A stretch of 63,130 nt of DNA, filler included, from Dugesia japonica (lineage: Eukaryota): NCBI GenBank assembly GCA_001938525.1. It is 5 parts of 5 records of this genome, joined end to end, with 100 filler letters (N's around TTAATTAATTAA, not from the genome) between each part and the next. Parts side by side here need not be neighbours in the genome. Positions count along the whole stretch, not along the records: positions 1 to 18,405 come from MQRL01615109.1; positions 18,506 to 27,248 come from MQRL01648524.1; 3 more parts are not named here. One strand, given 5' to 3'. The position numbers and the translations under genes are program-made. The first letter of the stretch is position 1, and the number at the start of each line of letters is the position of its first letter. Below are positions 13,831-26,533 of this stretch, piece after piece. The notes beneath the pieces were generated by a model that had not been told where the DNA came from, ran no database searches, and saw only the letters and a list, made by a program, of their open reading frames with translations.

Positions 13831-14748
13831 TTTAAATGAATTCTAAAAAGCAATCAATGGTTACGTCCAACAATTATTCTCGCAATAATTGCAATTGTAA
13901 ACTATTATTTTGTTATTTAAATTTGTATTTTAATTTTTGACAAAAATAAAAAAAAATTACCTTCAATATTTTAAAATTTCATTTTAAATATTTTTTCATT
14001 TTATTTTAATTATTTATTTATTGAATTATTTCAATTGCACCCTCAAAATTATCACAATAATTAGTTAAGAAAATCATCTGAACACAATTTACTTTAGTTT
14101 TGCACACGATTCATCCAAAATTCAAAGACAAATTTATACAAAACATGTAATGTAAGCAAATAATTTTTCCTAATTAATATTATTTTAACCAACTTTTATT
14201 GGGTAATAATTTTAATTAACTAAATTTAGCTTTAATTAAATTTTTAAAAAATTCATAAAAAATTTTAATAAACAATTTTTTTCCTTATAATAGTAATTAA
14301 TAAATTTAATAATTTCTGCATTTGAAAATAACATTTAATAACTAACACCGTAACCGGTAATAAATTACAGAAAATTGTAAAAACTTGAAAAATTAAAATT
14401 AGAAAATTCTCTTTTTCTTTTTCATTGTGAATTGTTACCAAGTGACTATTATTGAAATAAAAATTTTTTTATTAACATTGTAAATTTTAAAATTTAAATT
14501 TTATTTAGACAAAATATCCTCTTTTACAATTGCAATTATTGCGAGAATAATTGTTGAACATAACCATTGATCGTTTTATAGAATTCATTTTATAAAAAGC
14601 TTTGATCAAAATTTTTGTTTTTATTTATTGATAAGTCAATTCAATTGAAAAAGTCAATTCCTGACGAAGACAAGGTCGAAATATCGAATTCTTATCCATT
14701 ATCAATAAAAATACCAAAATTTTGATCAAAGCTTTTATATTAAATGAA
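13831..14748. repeat. Nested inverted repeats around a hammerhead motif (Penelope pLTR-like)
   Basis: About 13831-13900 is inverted relative to about 14522-14592, and about 14583-14634 is inverted relative to about 14699-14748 (AAAGCTTTGATCAAAATTTT / AAAATTTTGATCAAAGCTTT). Confidence 0.75.
14656..14690 (+). ncRNA. Minimal type I hammerhead ribozyme
   Basis: AATTC-CTGACGA-A-GAC(AAG)GTC-GAAA-TA-TC-GAATT: stem I, catalytic core, stem II, palindromic minimal stem III and a UH site. Confidence 0.65.
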
Positions 14749-14999
14749 TATATCCTCTATTTCATAGTAGATAGTGGCTCATATCCCCTCTTGATTTTAT
14801 CCCTAAAAAGGCCCCNNNNNNNNNNNNNNNNNNNNNNNNNNNNNNNNNNNNNNNNNNTAAATTTTTAAAAGAAATTTAAAAAAGGGATAAAAATTTAAAA
14901 GAAATTTTAAAAGAGGATAAAAATTTAAAAGAAATTAAAAAAGGGGATAAATTTTTAAAAATAAATTAAAAGTGGTGTTTAATTTTTCCTGTGTGTTTA

Positions 15000-15800
15000 G
15001 TTAGGTATTTATTCGGTGATGTGGAATGAGGTCAATTTTTAACTGGTTTTGGTGAAATTAGTCAAATTTTTCCTCAGTTTTGGTCAGTTTGGGTAATTTT
15101 TGGAAGATTTGGTCAAGTATTTAATCGGTAATGGTAACTTGGTTAATTTTTAGTCAATATTGGTAAAATATTTCCTCAGGATTACTTGGTTTGGGTAATT
15201 GGTTGAATTTTTCCTCGTGATTGGTAATTTTTGGGTTATTAAGGTGAAATTGGTCAAATATATCCTCGGGAATGATTAATTTGGGTAATTTTCGGAATAT
15301 TTAGGTGAAATTGGTTAAAAGGTTTCTAGGTGAGGTAGAATATGGTCAATATTTGAATGGTTTAGAGTAATTTTTAAGTGATTTGGTCAAATAATTTCTT
15401 GGGATTTTTCGGATTGGGTAATTTTTGGGTGACTTGGTCTAATTTTTCCTGAAGATTGGTCAGTTGGGTTAATCTTTGGACAATCTTAGTCAATTACTTA
15501 CTCACATTGGTCAGTTTTGGATGATTTGATCGAATATTTCCTCTGGATTGGTAATTTTTGGGTGATTTGTTATAATATTTCCTCCAGATTGATCATTTTG
15601 GGTAATTTTTGTGTGGTTTAAGTTAAATTGGTGGAAAATTTCTTGGTGAGGTTGAACCTGGTCAAACCTGGTTTGTTTTAGGTTAACTTGGTCAAATATA
15701 TCCTCGGTAATGATTAATTTAGGTAATTTTTGGGTGATTTGGTTAATTATTTCACCGGGAATGGACAGTTTGGGTTGAATTTTAAGGAAATTCATGATGA
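15000..15800. repeat. Degenerate G/T-skewed tandem repeat (TTGGTCAAA / TTCCTC / TTGGGTAATT modules)
   Basis: The same three short modules recur many times; ORF 15511-15795 is a by-product. Confidence 0.7.
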
Positions 15801-17467
15801 TTGTAAATTTTGTTTAAATTTCAAAAGTTTTTTAAGAATTTTTATCGGATTGTTTTATAGGAAACCGGGCAAACCGCTCATGTTGTCTAAATAATATGAA
15901 AATTTAAAATTTTTTAAATGAAATTTTTATGTGAATCTGGGTGAACAGTCTAAAATTTTGAAAAAATATGTTCTATATCTCACATTCCAAAGATTTGTAT
16001 ACCAAACTGTTGAGAATTTTACGGCGATCATTTCTCAGAAATAAAAACTTTACGAAAAACCTTTCCTTTTCAAATAAGTTAAGAAAGTATCTATTAGATA
16101 GAGAAATATTTGCTGATTCGAAATCTGTTAACCTTAAATCGCCAAACTCAAAACTCGATGAAATAAATAGAGTTTTATGGTGAAAAAATCTCAAAATCTT
16201 AACTTTTATACTCAATTTTCTACTTGTATGGTTTCAAATTTAATATTATTTTACTCAGGAGGAAAAAGTGACTGTACAAAGTTAAAATATCATCTCAGGA
16301 AAAATGCTTTCTAACGAATATGTACAGCTGTCCTCCCGGATTTGATAACATTTTTTGAAAATATCAAAAGTACCTCAAAATTTATAAAACTTTATACTAT
16401 TTGACTGGGAATTTCACGGTAAGTACGAATATCACTGTTAAAAACCACCAAACTGTATAGATAAAAAGTTATATAGAAAAACATGTATTTAATTTAGGAG
16501 TCTAATAATTTACTCGATTCAGCCTATTTTTTTGTATTGGTTTACGGTCAATTTCAATGATAATTTACTCTTCATTGGACTTTTCTCTCACTGTTCGCTG
16601 GTCTTCAGTGAACAGTGATCAGTGCTCTGTATACTGGAATTCAATTTTCTGATTACAGTGCACTGGATTTCTCACTATGTGCAGGTCTTTACTCATAACT
16701 AGTGGTAAATGCACTGTTTAATTAGTATTTAATTATTTAACTTGTTNNNNNNNNNNNNNNNNNNNNNNNNNNNNNNNNNNNNNNNNNNNNNNNNNNTGAA
16801 ATTCAATTAGATTATTTTAATGGTTTTAGCTTTCTAGATTATTTTAATTCAATTATTTTAATTAGTGTTCGTTAAAATTAAATTAAAGTTTAATTTATAA
16901 TATGAAATTTTTATTAAAATTGATTCGTTGAAATAATTTATAATCATTTATTGAAAATAATCCATATAATTGATTGAAAAAATTAAGTATGGTGAATTGA
17001 TTAATTTTCAACGTGTAATTCCATTAAAACTAGACTTTTGTAATTAAATCAATCTTTATACTTGATTAAATAAATAGAAAAAGCTAGTATTTTATATTAG
17101 TTGATCCCTGAGAAAATTTGTAAGTATGAAATTTAAATTGATAACATTAAATTTGAAATAAATTAATTGTATTTATTAAACTAATCATCAAAATCTAATT
17201 CATCATTAATTAATAGTAATCAAGTTAATCGTCAAGGAAACAATAAAATCATAATTAAAGGCACATAAATTCAAATTTCACAAGTTAAATTATGTGAAAA
17301 GTATACATTTTTAGAAATAATTAAAATAAACGGTGAAAATTTAATAAAATCATCAAATCCCANCTGATTTCATTACATTTTTTATATAATTCTTAAAAAT
17401 AACTTGCTAATGTAATCAACGTGTTGATGGATTTGAAACAGTTTCATTAGCTTTTTGTTGTTTAAAT

Positions 17468-17883
17468 CAGTGCTCAGCAACAGGTGTGCCTTGAGCCGAT
17501 ACATATGTACAGAGTTAAAAGAAAATTCTAATTAAATAATTTTTCAAAGGTTCTTTCTTAGAAACAAAATAACGGAAATATATGCGATAAAGAGAATACC
17601 TGTAATAAAAGAATTATTTTGATAAAATATATTGAAGAATTCGAATATAAAACTTTTGTGTAAATTGAAACAAGCGCAGAAATTGCATTAATTAGTCATT
17701 ATACTATAATAATTAAAGAGATTTGATAAAAGAAAATATTGTCTGATTTTATCTATGCTTACTTAACAAATAAAAAAAATTTAATTTTCAAATTATTGTC
17801 TATATAGTTTAGGTTTTGATGTGCCGCAGCATTTTGGGGAAAACTTTAGTGTGCCTTAGGGGAGAAAAGGTGGCGAAGCACTG
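17468..17883. mobile_element. hAT (Buster/Charlie-like) MITE
   Basis: CAGTGCTCAGCAAC...GGTGGCGAAGCACTG, subterminal GTGTGCC motifs; flanks GTTTAAAT / GTTTAACC. Confidence 0.7.
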
Positions 17884-18449
17884 GTTTAACCTAAATTAAA
17901 TGGATTACATAATTGAATAAATATACCTAATTTAAATTAATTGATAATCAAAATATTAAATCAATAAAAAAATAGTAAAATAGTTAATTTAATTTACATT
18001 TTATATAAAAATTGTTTATTGTTTATTTATCAATAAACTTTGCTTAGATTTGTGAAACTGTTGTTCCGTAGTGAATAATTCATTTTCAATAAAAATTTCT
18101 GTGATGTAGAAAATCATTGAATTTCATTTGGAAATTATTAATAGTGCCTAAATTCCATTCGTAAACAAATTATATGGACGGGTTCCAAGTCAATGAGAAA
18201 ATAAACATAATTAACGACCACCGATTAATTTTCGATAAACAATACATTTTTACTTGAATTAAGATTTTTATTGAAATATGAAATATAGAACAAAAAATAT
18301 TTAAAAACATGCAAATTTTAAATCAATTCATTTTAAAAAGTGAAAATTATCATTTCTACTTCTTCAGAATTTTAACTTTTACTTCTTCTTCTTCTTCTTC
18401 TTCTTNNNNNNNNNNNNNNNNNNNNNNNNNNNNNNNNNNNNNNNNNNNN

Positions 18450-18461
18450 TTAATTAATTAA
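18450..18461. other. Artificial scaffold linker TTAATTAATTAA (also 27293-27304, 38826-38837, 50633-50644)
   Basis: Identical 12-mer with stops in all six frames, isolated between N runs four times. Confidence 0.9.
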
Positions 18462-18505
18462 NNNNNNNNNNNNNNNNNNNNNNNNNNNNNNNNNNNNNNN
18501 NNNNN

Positions 18506-19430
18506 TATGTTTGTTTTGAAAGTGTTTGAAGACTTCAATTTCTTTCTGTTTAAGATGTTCTTTAATTCTTGTACGGATGCTTCTGAATGATTCTCCTATG
18601 GATGTATCCTTACATAAGGTGCATGTTATTTTGTAAGTGAAATTTCTTTTATTGCATATATTTCTACCATCACAAATGCATTTGGGACCAAAAAAATGTT
18701 GTCTTGGTTTTTGTAATTGGATACCCAAAGGTGCTTGCGTTTTAAATATAATTCTTGGATTGTGTTTTAGTTTCGATTTTTTAATTATATTTTGAACGAT
18801 TTGGCTACATTTCTCATTAATAAAAGGTAATTTAATTACTGTATTTGTCTTTTGTTTGATTTTATTAACTTCTGTATTTGAGGATAGATATTTAGATACA
18901 ATTCTATTTGTATATCCATTATTTAGAAATTTATTTTTTATCAACTTAAGGGAAGTCAGTCTCATTTCTTCGTTTGAAGATAGTCTATCAGCTCTTATTC
19001 TTTCACCCTTGATTATTCCAATTTTCTATCTGATGGTAGTATTACTATTACAGGGTAATATATGTCCACGGTAAAATGGTTTCATATACAACTTGGTTAG
19101 TAATAATTCACCAGGTTTCTTTTGGATAAAGGTGTCCAGAAAAGGAATCTGAAAGTCGATTGACTTCTCTAAAGTAAATTTAATGTTATCATTAATACTA
19201 TTGGCTAGTTCTAAAATATTTTCTAAAGATAAATTAGTAACAAAGAAAATATCGTCTATATATCTTAACCAAAGATGTATCTTCTTTACAGCTTTGAGAA
19301 TAATTTTATTTTTAATGAAATTCATTAAAATTATGGCTAAAATAAGAGGCAAAATGTTGCCCATTGCCAGACCACTTTCTTGTTTAAAACGTTGTTCACC
19401 GAAAAAAATGCTGTCAGAGAATAGACACAA
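18506..19430 (-). mobile_element. Penelope-like retroelement, 5'-truncated RT plus GIY-YIG endonuclease
   Basis: QESGLAMGN, WLRYIDDIF, IKFTLEK..QIPFLD, NNGY, KLPFI, and YKITCTLCKDTSIGESFRSIRTRIKEH. Confidence 0.9.
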
Positions 19431-19902
19431 TTGATAGAATATTTTCCAGAATCAACTGCTCATCAGATTCAATAACTGAAACTAATGGCTTCTTATTTTT
19501 GGTATTGATTAAATTGAATCCAAAGTTTTTAGCATCTGATAACGATTTAAACTCCATTTTTACTTGACAATCTGTTTTTAATATTACTTTCTTTTCATCG
19601 GAAAATATGTACCAGTTATAATTTTTGATAGGGACGATATTATTAAGTTGAAGTTTACCATCTACAATACATAATTGAAATTTATCTTCAATTTCCTTCA
19701 CTTCTTTTATTTTATATTCAACTTTTGAACCTTTCCGTATAGTATGTGGACAATAATTGAAAACAAATTCTGTCATAACAACGTCCCAATGGTTATCTTT
19801 TAAATTGAAGGCATTCTCATAGTCAACTAATTATTTGGTCGCATTATTATTAGGTCGAGTTCTTGGGCAACTATTGCTTGGCAAAACCATGTAGAAACTC
19901 AT
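19431..19902 (-). pseudogene. Polinton minor capsid (penton-like) N-terminal part, cut off by the Penelope fragment
   Basis: MSFYMVLPSNSCPRTRPNNNATK*LVDYENAFNLKDNHWDVVMTEF matches the FYxxLPSNS...WEV signature. Confidence 0.75.
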
Positions 19903-19911
19903 TATTGGATT

Positions 19912-20390
19912 TGAGATTCTTGAATCCACGTAGGTTTTAAAAACCCATGCCATTTAACTAGATATTGTTTATATTGGCCTCGACCTTAGGTTTGGATAAT
20001 TGATTTGATTTGATATATGTTTGGGTTTTCGGGCAGCATTTGCAATTCCTGCTCATAAAAATTGCCTTAAATAATATTACCATCTTCATCACGTATTACA
20101 TATATGACTGGAATTTTTATCGTGTTGATTTTCGAGATTTGAAAGACTTCATCACTCCAATTTTTATCAAAGTTTTTGATGAATTGCGTAGTACTAATTC
20201 GTGTAGTACTAATATATTCCCGTGTTGAAAACCGTTTGTGCATTGGTCTTTTCAAACTATACTCCAATTGGTTACCTAACCATTTGTTCGTCTCTTTTAC
20301 CAAAACATTTGCAGTATTTACAAGCTTTGAAATACCAGCGTATCCAACCGGGTTCTTTGGATTGTACCATAGGTGTTCCGTCAACGTGAT
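19912..20390 (-). pseudogene. Polinton retroviral-type integrase with C-terminal chromodomain, core deleted
   Basis: WYNPKNPVGYAGISKL...WL...RP..KRF, then NWSDEVFQI...YVIRDEDG..I.GNFYEQELQ and YLVKWHGF...TWI. Confidence 0.85.
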
Positions 20391-21044
20391 CGGGCGAAAT
20401 ACAACAACGAATATTTAGTAAAATGTCTGGAATATTAGAAAAAGAAGGTGCAACACCCAATTATATTGCAATACCAATAAGAATTTAAATTGTTTATACA
20501 GAATCAATAATTTTCTTTGTAGCATATCCTGTAGCAGCCCCAAATGCACCGGTTGCAGCCGCTTTACCCAACAAATTTAGAATTGGTAAAAGGGCAGTAC
20601 AAACCAATCCATTTCCATTTTTCCATAATGAACTTGTTTTGTGCTTTTCTTGTTTTAATTTTGTATAGGAAAATGTCTTTCAAGTATTCGTTTATTTGCT
20701 GACAGTTTCTTGGCTTTTGTCATATCTACTAGAGCTTCTTGATAATTTTTCAATCGATTTTTTCAACTTTTGTGAATAACATCGACTGGGCCCAAAACAA
20801 TTTGTTGCAAAACACTAATGAAATCACTCATTACAAATGCCGCCATTGAGTGCATAATTTGCCATTGTGAATTTCATGGAGCCCTTTAAATTATCTTAAA
20901 GTATCTTAAAATCGTCTCAAAATACCACCACCACCACTACCATTTTGTTTGATGACAACTTTGAAAATCGATCCATTGCTTGTTTTTTTTATTAAGTACT
21001 AGTTTTGTTTATACCAATGGTTTGTAACCTGTTATTCATTCCAA

Positions 21045-21625
21045 ATTAAATATATTGGTTTTTACTCGTTCATCATCAGGACATTGTTGAGTAAAATCAA
21101 TAAATAAATATCTATGTGCCTTTGTAGTAACATCGCAAAATGCATCTGATAAAAATCATTTATGTTGAGGAAATGCTTGACGAGAAACATTAGCAATCAC
21201 AGTTTGATCTCGGCGATTCTTGAATAAAACCAAATAATGGACATTTAGATTACGTTTACGATGCATACCATCTTGATGGAAAAGATTTTGGGTGATGAAG
21301 ATTACATTACCATAACGAGCAGTTTTTGTAAACAGATTATTAAAGTCAGCCTGCTTATTTGCCTCTTGAAAGAAGACATCAATTACAATAACATCCCCAG
21401 TAGTTAATTGCTTAGACCAATCATCATCAAATCCATCAATTATTGTAATTTTTCTCAATTTGCAAAATTAACAGTTAGTTAAGCCAGCTTCACTTCCACC
21501 ACCTTGATGTCAATAGATATGTTTAAACTTTGTCCGAAACAATTTGCTTTGTAGTAATTTGCAAAACAAATAATGTTTTACCGATTCAACTGGGACCGAC
21601 TATTTGAAAAACTGCGTTGTTTTGT
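21045..21625 (-). pseudogene. Polinton A32-like packaging ATPase
   Basis: Walker A remnant VGPS*IGKT, Walker B VIVID, VIFITQNLF, LNVHYLVLFKN, YLFIDF...PDDERVKTNI. Confidence 0.85.
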
Positions 21626-21711
21626 ATCAACATTTTAACAAAACCATAGAAATGATTTTGTTTATACCAAAATAATATATAAGCACATGATTATTGCTCA
21701 TTAGTCAAACA

Positions 21712-22175
21712 ATGTTATCAAATATTAATTACAGGGCTCATGTTGTTGATTATGAATCTCATCTTCTCAAATTTAATACATGAAAAATCCCAGACAGTGT
21801 GTAATGAAAATGAAAGGTTATTCAGTAATTGTTTTTGAATCTGGAAAATGTCAAATCATGGGATGTAAAAAAGCGATTATTGATAAACAAATTACTTGCA
21901 AAAATCTTAAAATCTAAATAGATTGCATTCAATCAATTACTGTAACATGTGATCTTGAACGGAAGGTGGATTTATATAAACTGAGCAGTATATTAAATTC
22001 TTGGTTCGAACCGGAATTATTTCCAGTATTACGAGTCAACAAGTACAAGCCGTTATGTATCCATGTTTTTGCAAGTGGAAAAATGTTGATTCTTGGACTA
22101 AAGACATTGGATTATCTTGAAGTTACCAATGGAATCAGAAAATATGTGGAAAGTTTTTTTAATCAATCAAATTAG
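21712..22175 (+). pseudogene. TATA-binding-protein-like gene inside the Polinton, disrupted
   Basis: Two TBP repeats: VIVFESGKCQIMGCK and IQSITVTCDL..VDLYKL...FEPELFPVL...IHVFASGKMLILGLK; internal stops and a frameshift. Confidence 0.8.
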
Positions 22176-22750
22176 TTATTAACAAACATCATGTATATAT
22201 ATATATATATATATATANNNNNNNNNNNNNNNNNNNNNNNNNNNNNGAATAAATTTCTTTTTTTTTATTATTTATAAATATGGAGTTAGTTTATAAATAT
22301 GGAGTTAGCATCATTATCAATCAACAACAATGAACAAAAGCGAAACAAAAATCAACTATCTACTAAGCGGAAATATAATTCTTATCGTTTCCATTTGTTG
22401 GAAAACACTGTTAAAATTGAAAATCCAAACATTTCTATATAATAAAGAATATGAGTGAACATGATTTGAATAAAATGAGACAGTCAATGAAGCAGTTGGA
22501 AGGATATTTAGAATTTGATGAAAAATACAAAACAGTTCAATACAAAATCATCTTCACTTCCCAGGTAATAAAGTAAAAATTTTGGATGTATTCGGCCGGA
22601 AATAAAAACACATGCAAACATCAATAAAGTGCCGTCTCAAAAATGCTTTAAATGGTTTCCAAAAAATGAATAATAATCATGTTAAAATTCCGTTGTGGAA
22701 TATCAAGGAAATAATGTATGACTACTTATAAATGTGATGATTTTGTTTAC

Positions 22751-22803
22751 ATGTTTTTCCCCAAACAAGCTTTTCTATACCAAACTCAGATGGAACCCCA
22801 ATA
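22751..22803 (+). mobile_element. 3' terminus fragment of the TGTTGGGG...CCCCAACA family
   Basis: GTTTTTCCCC...TTTTCT..ACCAAACTCAG...ACCCCAATA aligns with 60980-61031 and runs into (ATA)n. Confidence 0.6.
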
Positions 22804-22815
22804 ATAATAATAATA

Positions 22816-22875
<60 letters not shown>

Positions 22876-23300
22876 NNNNNNNNNNNNNNNNNNNNNNNNN
22901 NNNNNNNNNNNNNNNNNNNNNNNNNNNNGGATTTCTTAAATTTGAATCTAACATAATAACTAAAATTATTTATCAAAGATTTATTAACTTCAATTAAATT
23001 TAAAACCTTTCTAAAAAATGTTACCGAATAAAATTTACAATTTAATAAAACTTAACACAGTTACAACTAATTACAACAATTAACAAATTACAATAATTTC
23101 TTACTATTGATCTGCAACTCTTAATTACCCTAAAAATTGTTATTTAAAATTAACACTTTTTTATATATTTTTTGGAATATTTAAACAACAAAAATTTTCA
23201 CTTGTCATATATTCCTCACATCCCCCTCCTTTAAGAAAATTTTAAACTTTTACACATTCCTTTCTATCTTTTTTCCCTGCTCATCTTGTAACACGTATCT

Positions 23301-25679
23301 CTACTCGTGTCGCTTTTCTATCACTTGGTAAGGTCCAATAAATTTTTCTTTATTTTTATTGCCCCCTTCACTTCTAACTAATACCCACTGTCCAACCTGA
23401 AAGTGTCTTCGTGTCATGTTCTTCATTTCCTCATCTTTATTGTTGTTTTCGTCTGTTTTCCCGCCTACTTTCCGACTGATGCATCTTCTCATTATTAGTT
23501 CCGCTGGACTCCTCTGAGTTGTTTTCTGCTTCGTTGCATTTATCGCGAATTCCACCTCAGGTAATATCTCNNNNNNNNNNNNNNNNNNNNNNNNNNNNAG
23601 AGTTGCATTTATCCATTCTCTTACCATTCTGAATTGCCGCTCTATTTGGCCATTCGTTTTGTGATGATACGGACTTGAAGTCTGTAATTCNNNNNNNNNN
23701 NNNNNNNNNNNNNNNNNNNNNNNNNNNNNNNNNNNNNNNNGACTCCTCTGAGTTGTTTTCTGCTTCGTTGCATTTATCGCGAATTCCACCTCAGGTAATA
23801 TCTCGGCCCAGTCTATCGTTTTTCTTTCTCGTAGAGTTGCATTTATCCATTCTCTTACCATTCTGAATTGCCGCTCTATTTGGCCATTCGTTTTGTGATG
23901 ATACGGACTTGAAGTCTGTAATTCTATCCCCAAATCTGATGTAAAATCCTTCATAAGCTTGGATTCAAAAATCCTGCCACAATCTGTTCTTATCATCCTC
24001 GGGCAACCCCACTTCAATACCCACTGGTTCATAATCGCTTGTTGTACCGTAATCGCTCATTGCACGTGATCCATACGCAATAACCCTCTCTCTACCCATA
24101 TCGTCAGTCTGGGATAAAACAGCCCCAATTGTATCAAAACTAGCATCTGTATTCAGTGTAAATTTATTGTTCAAGTCAGGAAATGCTAGTTTTGGTGCCG
24201 TCATTAACGCAACTTTCAATCCTTGAAATATTCCTTCCAATTCTTCATTCCAAATCAATTTAGTATTACCCGCACCGCTGCATAATTGTTCCAACTTTCT
24301 AGATTTAGCCGCATAACCTATAATAAATTTACGATANNNNNNNNNNNNNNNNNNNNNNNNNNNNNNNNNNNNNNNNNNNNNNNNNNTTAGCCGCATAACC
24401 TATAATAAATTTACGATAATAGTTACAAATCCCGAGAAAACTGCGCATTTTCTTCACAAAGTTTGGTCTACCAAACTCCTTAATAGCTTCGATTTTTACC
24501 GGATCCGTTTGTATACCTTTCGCGCTCACAATATGTCCTAGAAATTTAATTTCTTGTTTTAGAAATTCACACTTCTCCGGATTAACTCTTAACCCCGCAT
24601 CCATGTTCCGTTTCAATACTTCATCTACTATAATGTAATGACTCGCTTCATCCTTTGAAAAAACTAATATATCGTCAAGGTATACTCCTTCCCTTCGGAT
24701 TATTTATCTTTTTCCCAATCATCTCCTGAAATGTGCCAGGCGCTGCTGCTATTCCAAATGGCATCCTAGTAAAACAGTATTATCCGTGTTTTGTCGAAAA
24801 AGCGGTTTTCTCTTGAGAATCCTTTTCTAGTTCTACCTGGTAATATGCATTATCCAAATTGATCAAGCTAAAATATCCATTCCCGTGTAACGCGTCCAAC
24901 ATCTCATCCATATTTGGCATAGGAAATGCTTGTCTTTCAGTTATCGCATTTAATCTTCTAAAATCCAAACACAGCCTGATATCCTTTTTTTCTTTCTTCC
25001 AGATACATACTAACGGCGCATTCCAAGCTGAATTACACTTCCAAATAATTCCATTCTCCATCAGGTTCCGAATCTTCTCTTCAACATGATTTTCTAGGTG
25101 TAATGGAATTCTATATGGTTTCACTCTGATTGGCTCTTCATTTGTTACAATTCTATGTTTAGCCAAATGAGGACAACCCACATCCCATTTCGACGCCATA
25201 AAAACATTTACTCTCCTCTTGCAAATCGCTTGTAATTTACTTCGATCTACAATACCTGTCGTTTTTTTCACTCTTTCCCATCTATCTACTTCTGCCGCTT
25301 CTATACCCAATCTTGCTTCAATGTTTTCTATCAATTATCGCCTGCCAATTTCTCTATTTGCTTTGCTTTCTCTTTTAAGTTGAAACCCAAAAATGTGTTG
25401 AAAATTTATTCCCCCAATAACATCTGGATACACACTTTCAGCTACTATAAATTCAACTTCTGCTCTTTTTTCTCCCAGCTTAACTTCCAATCGTATTTTC
25501 CCTTTAGTATTTAAGCCACTACCATTTGCACAATGTAACTTTAACCCACTAGGTTTTACTTTTACTTCGGGCCATCCAGTATACATCACAACTCCACCAA
25601 TAATTATTGTTATACTCGGTCTGCCCTGCATTTTATCGAAACTGATTTCTACCTGTTGACCTCCTGACAAAACTCCCAC
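23301..25679 (-). pseudogene. Gypsy pol (protease, RT, partial RNase H, integrase), fragmented
   Basis: DVIGGINF, RLCLDFRRLN, YLDD, FLGICNYYRKFI, LNTDAS, IRTDCG, SPYHHKTNGQIER, GPY. Confidence 0.92.
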
Positions 25680-25792
25680 CCACTCCTCAACATTAATCGC
25701 ATGAAACTTCTTTTTCTTCAGAAAACTATATATTTTCTCATGGATTTTCGCTCTATTTTTCCACTTCTCTACTCCATGAGGACCTTCCTTGA

Positions 25793-26533
25793 TTAAATTT
25801 TCTGATAAATGGCTTCAACCACTTCCACCCTTAGCGGAGCCCTCCCATTTGAGTACAGTATATCTGATCCATGTTTGCTTATCTCATCATCTCGTCGATC
25901 ACCTTTTTCTTGTGTTTCTACTGCATTGAAATAACCAAACCGATTTCTCTGTTTCTTTTTTCCATTTTGTCTATCTTCCANNNNNNNNNNNNNNNNNNNN
26001 NNNNNNNNNNNNNNNNNNNNNNNNNNNNNNTGTGTTTCTACTGCATTGAAATAACCAAACCGATTTCTCTGTTTCTTTTTTCCATTTTGTCTATCTTCCA
26101 TTATATTTCTTCCTTTATATTCTCGGCACACTGATGCTCTGTGACCTGTCCTACCACATTGAAAACATCTCTCTTTCTTACACTCTCTGCTCATGTGTCC
26201 CATATCTCCGCATCCAAAACATCTCTTTTGTTCTCTTTGTGAGCAATCTCTACTTAGGTGACCTCGTCGTTTGCATGTCCAACAATCTCTATCCTCGCTT
26301 TTGATACACTGTGCTCTCATGTGACCTTTTTTATGACATCCCCAACATTCTATCTCTCGTCTTACGTCTTTACCATCTATTTGTCGAGTATCTACTCGCC
26401 TTGGTTCCATTTTCTGTGTACTCACTACTCTCGCGTAGCTACTTATCATGTTAATTTGCTCCCTTTTCTTCTCAACTCGATCTAGTAGAACTAGTGTTTC
26501 CTTAATTTCCTCCGGAGTTTCTAACTTCCACAA
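25793..26533 (-). pseudogene. Gypsy Gag C-terminus with four CCHC zinc knuckles
   Basis: CWGCHKKGHMRAQC, CWTCKRRGHLSRDC, CFGCGDMGHMSREC, CFQCGRTGHRASVC. Confidence 0.9.

Larger units (their letters stand above)
19431..22720. mobile_element. Polinton/Maverick (adintovirus-like) internal fragment
   Basis: Compact intronless cluster of minor capsid, integrase, small Gly/Ala-rich ORFs, packaging ATPase and a divergent TBP-like gene. Confidence 0.85.
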
